Source: Lama guanicoe (lineage: Eukaryota). From it: DNA of 64,000 bases. The stretch spans positions 10,030,898 to 10,094,897 of the forward strand of contig MU054212.1 of NCBI GenBank assembly GCA_013239625.1, read 5' to 3'. Of the stretch, positions 60,301 to 64,000 are shown piece by piece. The position numbers and the translations under genes were made by a program. Each line of letters starts with the position of its first letter. Position 1 is the stretch's first letter. Under the pieces are notes generated by a model that was not told where the DNA came from, ran no database searches, and saw only the letters and a list, made by a program, of their open reading frames with translations.

Positions 60301-60919
60301 GAATCCTGGGATTCCATAAACTGGGACTAAATCTCCGTTGCATTCATTCTCTCTAATGGCGCACAATAAGGAAATAATTGTCAAAAAGAAATACTCTGAA
60401 AAGGTGGGATTTCTTGGGAATGGTCTGAGATAAAATTAGGTGTAGAATTTTTCTCATTGTCATTATTGTTAAATGTTAGAAACTCTCCTTACGATTGACA
60501 ATTTTTGTCTAGAGTTGACGTTTTCATTAGCCAAGAATAGATATTTAGGAGTAAGTCTTCCTGGAGTCGCCTTATTTGACCTGCTCTCCCTTTTGAATGG
60601 GTCACTGCCTGGGTTTCTTCCTCACATGAGAATCTACCTGATTCCTCAGTCTTTGAGCTGAAATGCCCTTGGTGTTCTTCAGCCTGCACCTTGGAGTCTA
60701 GGGGTGGATTATAATGGGGGGTGGTTATCAACATACTTCCGGTGAGTCTGCTGGCTCCCAGCTCCCAGCCTGCACTCTTTCCCTTGTGCCGTACTGCCTT
60801 TGGCTTTGAGTTAAGGACCACGATGGCTTAGACACCCATGGCTCTCTCAAGTTGCTCCCTCCTACCTTGTTAGAGCTTATCTAGTAACTGTGGCAATGAT
60901 TTGCAAATTATACTGTAAT

Positions 60920-61140
60920 AAATTCTTAATCCAGTTTTATTTTAACACCTTCATTAATTATGTAGAAGAAGGAGACAACCGCCTGCTAATTACATTTTCA
61001 GATGTTGCTAAATTGGGAGGAGCTGCAAACCCAACTGGGAGTCAAAAATGCAATGTGAAGGAGTCTGGAGAAGTTCTGGGGAAGCGTAGGTAGAGGACCA
61101 GAATGAGGTGAAAATTGAACACAAAGACACGGAGACCATT
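60920..61140 (+). mobile_element. CR1/L3 LINE reverse-transcriptase relic
   Basis: ORF 60890-61093 contains FNTFINYVEEGDNRLLITFSDVAKLGGAAN, aligning to the CR1 RT motif FNIFINDLxEG...LxKFADDTKLGG. Confidence 0.75.
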
Positions 61141-63496
61141 TAGAAAGGAGGACTAGCAGCTCCATAATCCCAGAGGCTGGGAGCGGCCTGGGGAACCGGG
61201 TCAATCATGGACTGTGATGGAGTGATGCCAGGAGGGTCAAGCTGGGCAAGGTAACAGATTTCCACTTGCTCCTTCCAGAAAGGGCCCAGGTCTCCTCTGT
61301 GGTAGCCGTGTCTGATGGCATCAGGCCTGATGCCTTTGGTCACAGTGACCCGTGAAAGCAATGAGAGGGGGCGCCCAACAACTCAGGAGATGTGCAAAGC
61401 TTGGTTTCTTGCATTTTTGCGGTGCCTCACACCTGGATGGGCACATGGCAGATGATAAAGATTAAATTAGTGAATCTATGTGAAACTCATTTAGGAAAAA
61501 AAAAATAAAAAGCACTATGGGAAAATAAAAGACTATTGTTATTTTTTACAGTAATGATAATTATTATCAATCCTTGTTAAGTTAAATTTAATTGAAATTG
61601 ATTAGGGGGAAATGGCACGTGTGGGCAAAGATAGAGGAGGAGAAACAGTTAAAACGATTAACATGGGTTTCTCCTCCAGAATGTACTTGCTCCATTTCTA
61701 GGGAAGTGAGTTACGGTGCTAGGATTCTGTGGCCCTTCAGTGACTGATCTTTGTCCTAGGGGTGGAGCACCTTCGGTGGTTTCATTAACTCTCTTAGGAC
61801 AGGTTACAGGGAGAATTTGTTTAGAAAGAGCAGATAGTACATTTGAGCACTGCAAACTGTCAGTGCTATGGCACAAAAGAAACATTTTTTTTTCCCTTAA
61901 ACTACCAAGTTACTCCCACTACCTCGTTATAATCTTTTCCCAGCTTCGGTCTCATTGATCTTCAGTCAACTGCCTATTGTGGGCACATAATCTCACTGCA
62001 GCAAAACAGTATGACTCAAGCCATATACTTACTTATTCCTGGTCTCAGCCCCTAAATAACACTGCAGATGCCACTGTGAACCCTGAGCAGTGTCCCTTCA
62101 GCACCATCCTGTTAGTTGCAAAGGATGCTAAACGGAAGCGTCCAGAGAGATGAATGCCTAGTGCATGTTCACGTCTAGAGCAGGATAAGCCCCGAAGACA
62201 GTGCTTGTTCTACTAAAAGGGAAGAGGTAATTCGATCACATATGAAGAATAGCAGCATTATTAAGACTTTCTTTTCCCACAGTGGAGTTTTATCTATTTT
62301 CTGCACTGGATTCTGAACTCTGCAAGGCCATGGAATATTGCTTTTCTTTTCCTTGCATCCTCCATCATCCCTAACAAGGGGTGAACACGGAGAGGGCACT
62401 CAGTAACCGATGGATGGCATTAAGGAGAAATAATGTTTCTCCCCAAATAGCTACTTTGTCCCATTTAGAAAAAAAATGAGGAGAAATGTGTTGTTTTTTC
62501 TGACTCTCTAAAATAAAAGAAAGGCTGTGGGTAGATATGACATTTTTTTTTTTAAATCCAGTGAAAGGCAGGTAGATGGTCCACCAGAAAGTATGAGACG
62601 GCTCTGCTGAGAAAGTATTGGCTTTTGTCACGTCCTGGCTCCTACTTGTTGAGTCAGGCAACGCAAGAAATGAAAACAGCCAACCAATAAGTTCGGGATT
62701 ATATGGAAGGAGGCTAATTGGTCTTTCGCCTTATTTTCCCTGTCATTCCGTCAGGGATTAGGTTAAGCCTTTGTATATGTTTCATCAGGGACTCATCAGG
62801 ATTACACCTTGCCTTTCTGTCTATCGTGCTGACAGCGCTTGTAATGTCGACTCGATTTTGATAAGCCCTTCCACTTGTCATGCAGCTCCTTTTAGTCAAA
62901 ACAGGTCTATAATTTATGGTGCCCAAAGCAGTTGTTAGTGTAAAAGAATTAACTGGGAGAGAGGCATGTGCACTAAGACAGTCACTGAATCATTAAGTGG
63001 CTATTCCTGCCTGCTTTATGGCAATTGTGTTTTGTTTTTGTTTTTGTTTTTTGTTTTTTTTCCCTTGAAAGTTCCTAAGCAAGGAATAGTCAGATTTGTC
63101 ATTCAAGTACTGCATCTTCTCCTGCTTAGGAAAGAGAAACTTAAGAGAAATAAAAGACCCCCTTAAGTTTAGTGTTCTGGGTATTGAGAAATACCCAGGG
63201 GGGAAAATGTTGGCGAGGATTGGGGCAGTGAGCCAACAGAGTCAGCACCCAGGAGATGCCTGTTGAGGGAGTGATGGGATGTGGGTGAGTGGGGAGGGCA
63301 GTGGTAGTTTGGAGGCATCGGTGGAGTGAGGCAGTGCAGGAGTCCAGGCTGGCAAGGTCTGTCAGGACAAGTGCTGGGACTTTTTCTCTAGACGTTGCAG
63401 GCTGATGGCATAAGAAGCCTGGGTGGGTCTCTGGGAGACACCAGGACAGGGATATGTGCTGCTTGCTCTTTCCAAGGATGCTTGGGCATAGCACTA

Positions 63497-63900
63497 CTCA
63501 GATGTGACCTTATTTGGAGACAGAGTTTTAACAGACATGGTCAAGTTCAAATGTGGTTCTTAGGGTGAGTCCTAAGCCAATATGACTGGTATCTTTATAA
63601 AAAAGAAGGGGGAATTTGGACACACAAATGTGCACCCCGGAAGAACGCCATGTGAAGATAAAGGCAGAGTTCAGGGCGATGCAGCTACAAGCCAAGGAAC
63701 TTGTGAAAGATTGTAATAAACCTTCAGAAGCTAGAGGAGAAGCCTGCACCATAGTCTCCCCCCAGTCCTCCGAAGGAACCAAGCCCGTGACATCCTGATT
63801 TCATACTTCTGGCGTGCAAAACTGTGAGAAAGTATATTTCTGTTGTTTAAACTACCCAGTTTGTGGTACTTTGTTACAGCAGGCCTAGGAAACTAACATA
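63497..63900 (+). mobile_element. MaLR LTR, MLT1B/C-type (5' truncated)
   Basis: ATGTGACCTTATTTGGAGA...CCAATATGACTGGTATCTTTATAA...GCAGCTACAAGCCAAGGAAC...AACTGTGAGA...TTTCTGTTGTTTAA...CCCAGTTTGTGGTACTTTGTTACAGCAG...AGGAAACTAA. Confidence 0.92.
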
Positions 63901-64000
63901 TAATTAATATAAATTAATATAAAAAAAATCTCAGCCAGCCCTGCCTGGGCAAACTCACTGTTCTCCAGACGTCACCCTGGCTCAGCAGTTCCAGGGCCCG

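Noticed and set aside
61362..61378. AGGGGGCGCCC CTCF-like 3' half
   Set aside because: The 5' half (ATGAG) lacks the required CC..Y positions.
1..64000. Six-frame ORFs as protein-coding genes
   Set aside because: All are short (<=170 aa) and lack recognisable domains or a supportable exon chain. Those with real similarity are L1 or CR1 relics.

Overview
Mammalian genomic DNA, most likely camelid. The evidence is four copies of a tRNA-derived SINE with the CCTAATTACC tail motif typical of camelid Vic-1-type SINEs, plus artiodactyl-type L1 3' ends. I find no protein-coding exon, structural RNA gene or CRISPR array, so the window looks intergenic or deep-intronic. The only ORFs with recognisable protein similarity are retroelement relics (L1 ORF2 C-terminus, CR1/L3 RT). 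The first ~38 kb is relatively GC-rich, with MIR, L2, MLT1, hAT/Tigger relics and solo ERV LTRs. The block at ~43-56 kb is AT-rich and almost entirely nested L1/L2. Between the repeats are several non-repetitive, motif-dense islands resembling developmental enhancers. I see no convincing evidence of a new biological system. The best leads are: (1) a CRX/OTX+MAF motif cluster that overlaps an incomplete hammerhead-like core; (2) a MER41-like LTR with overlapping GAS/NF-kB sites; (3) a SINE whose best target-site duplication (TSD) lies ~100 bp beyond its tail; (4) a twin-primed L1; (5) a small orphan CpG cluster; (6) CpG-decayed CTCF-like sites. Repeat families were assigned from remembered consensus sequences, not database searches, and boundaries without TSDs are approximate.
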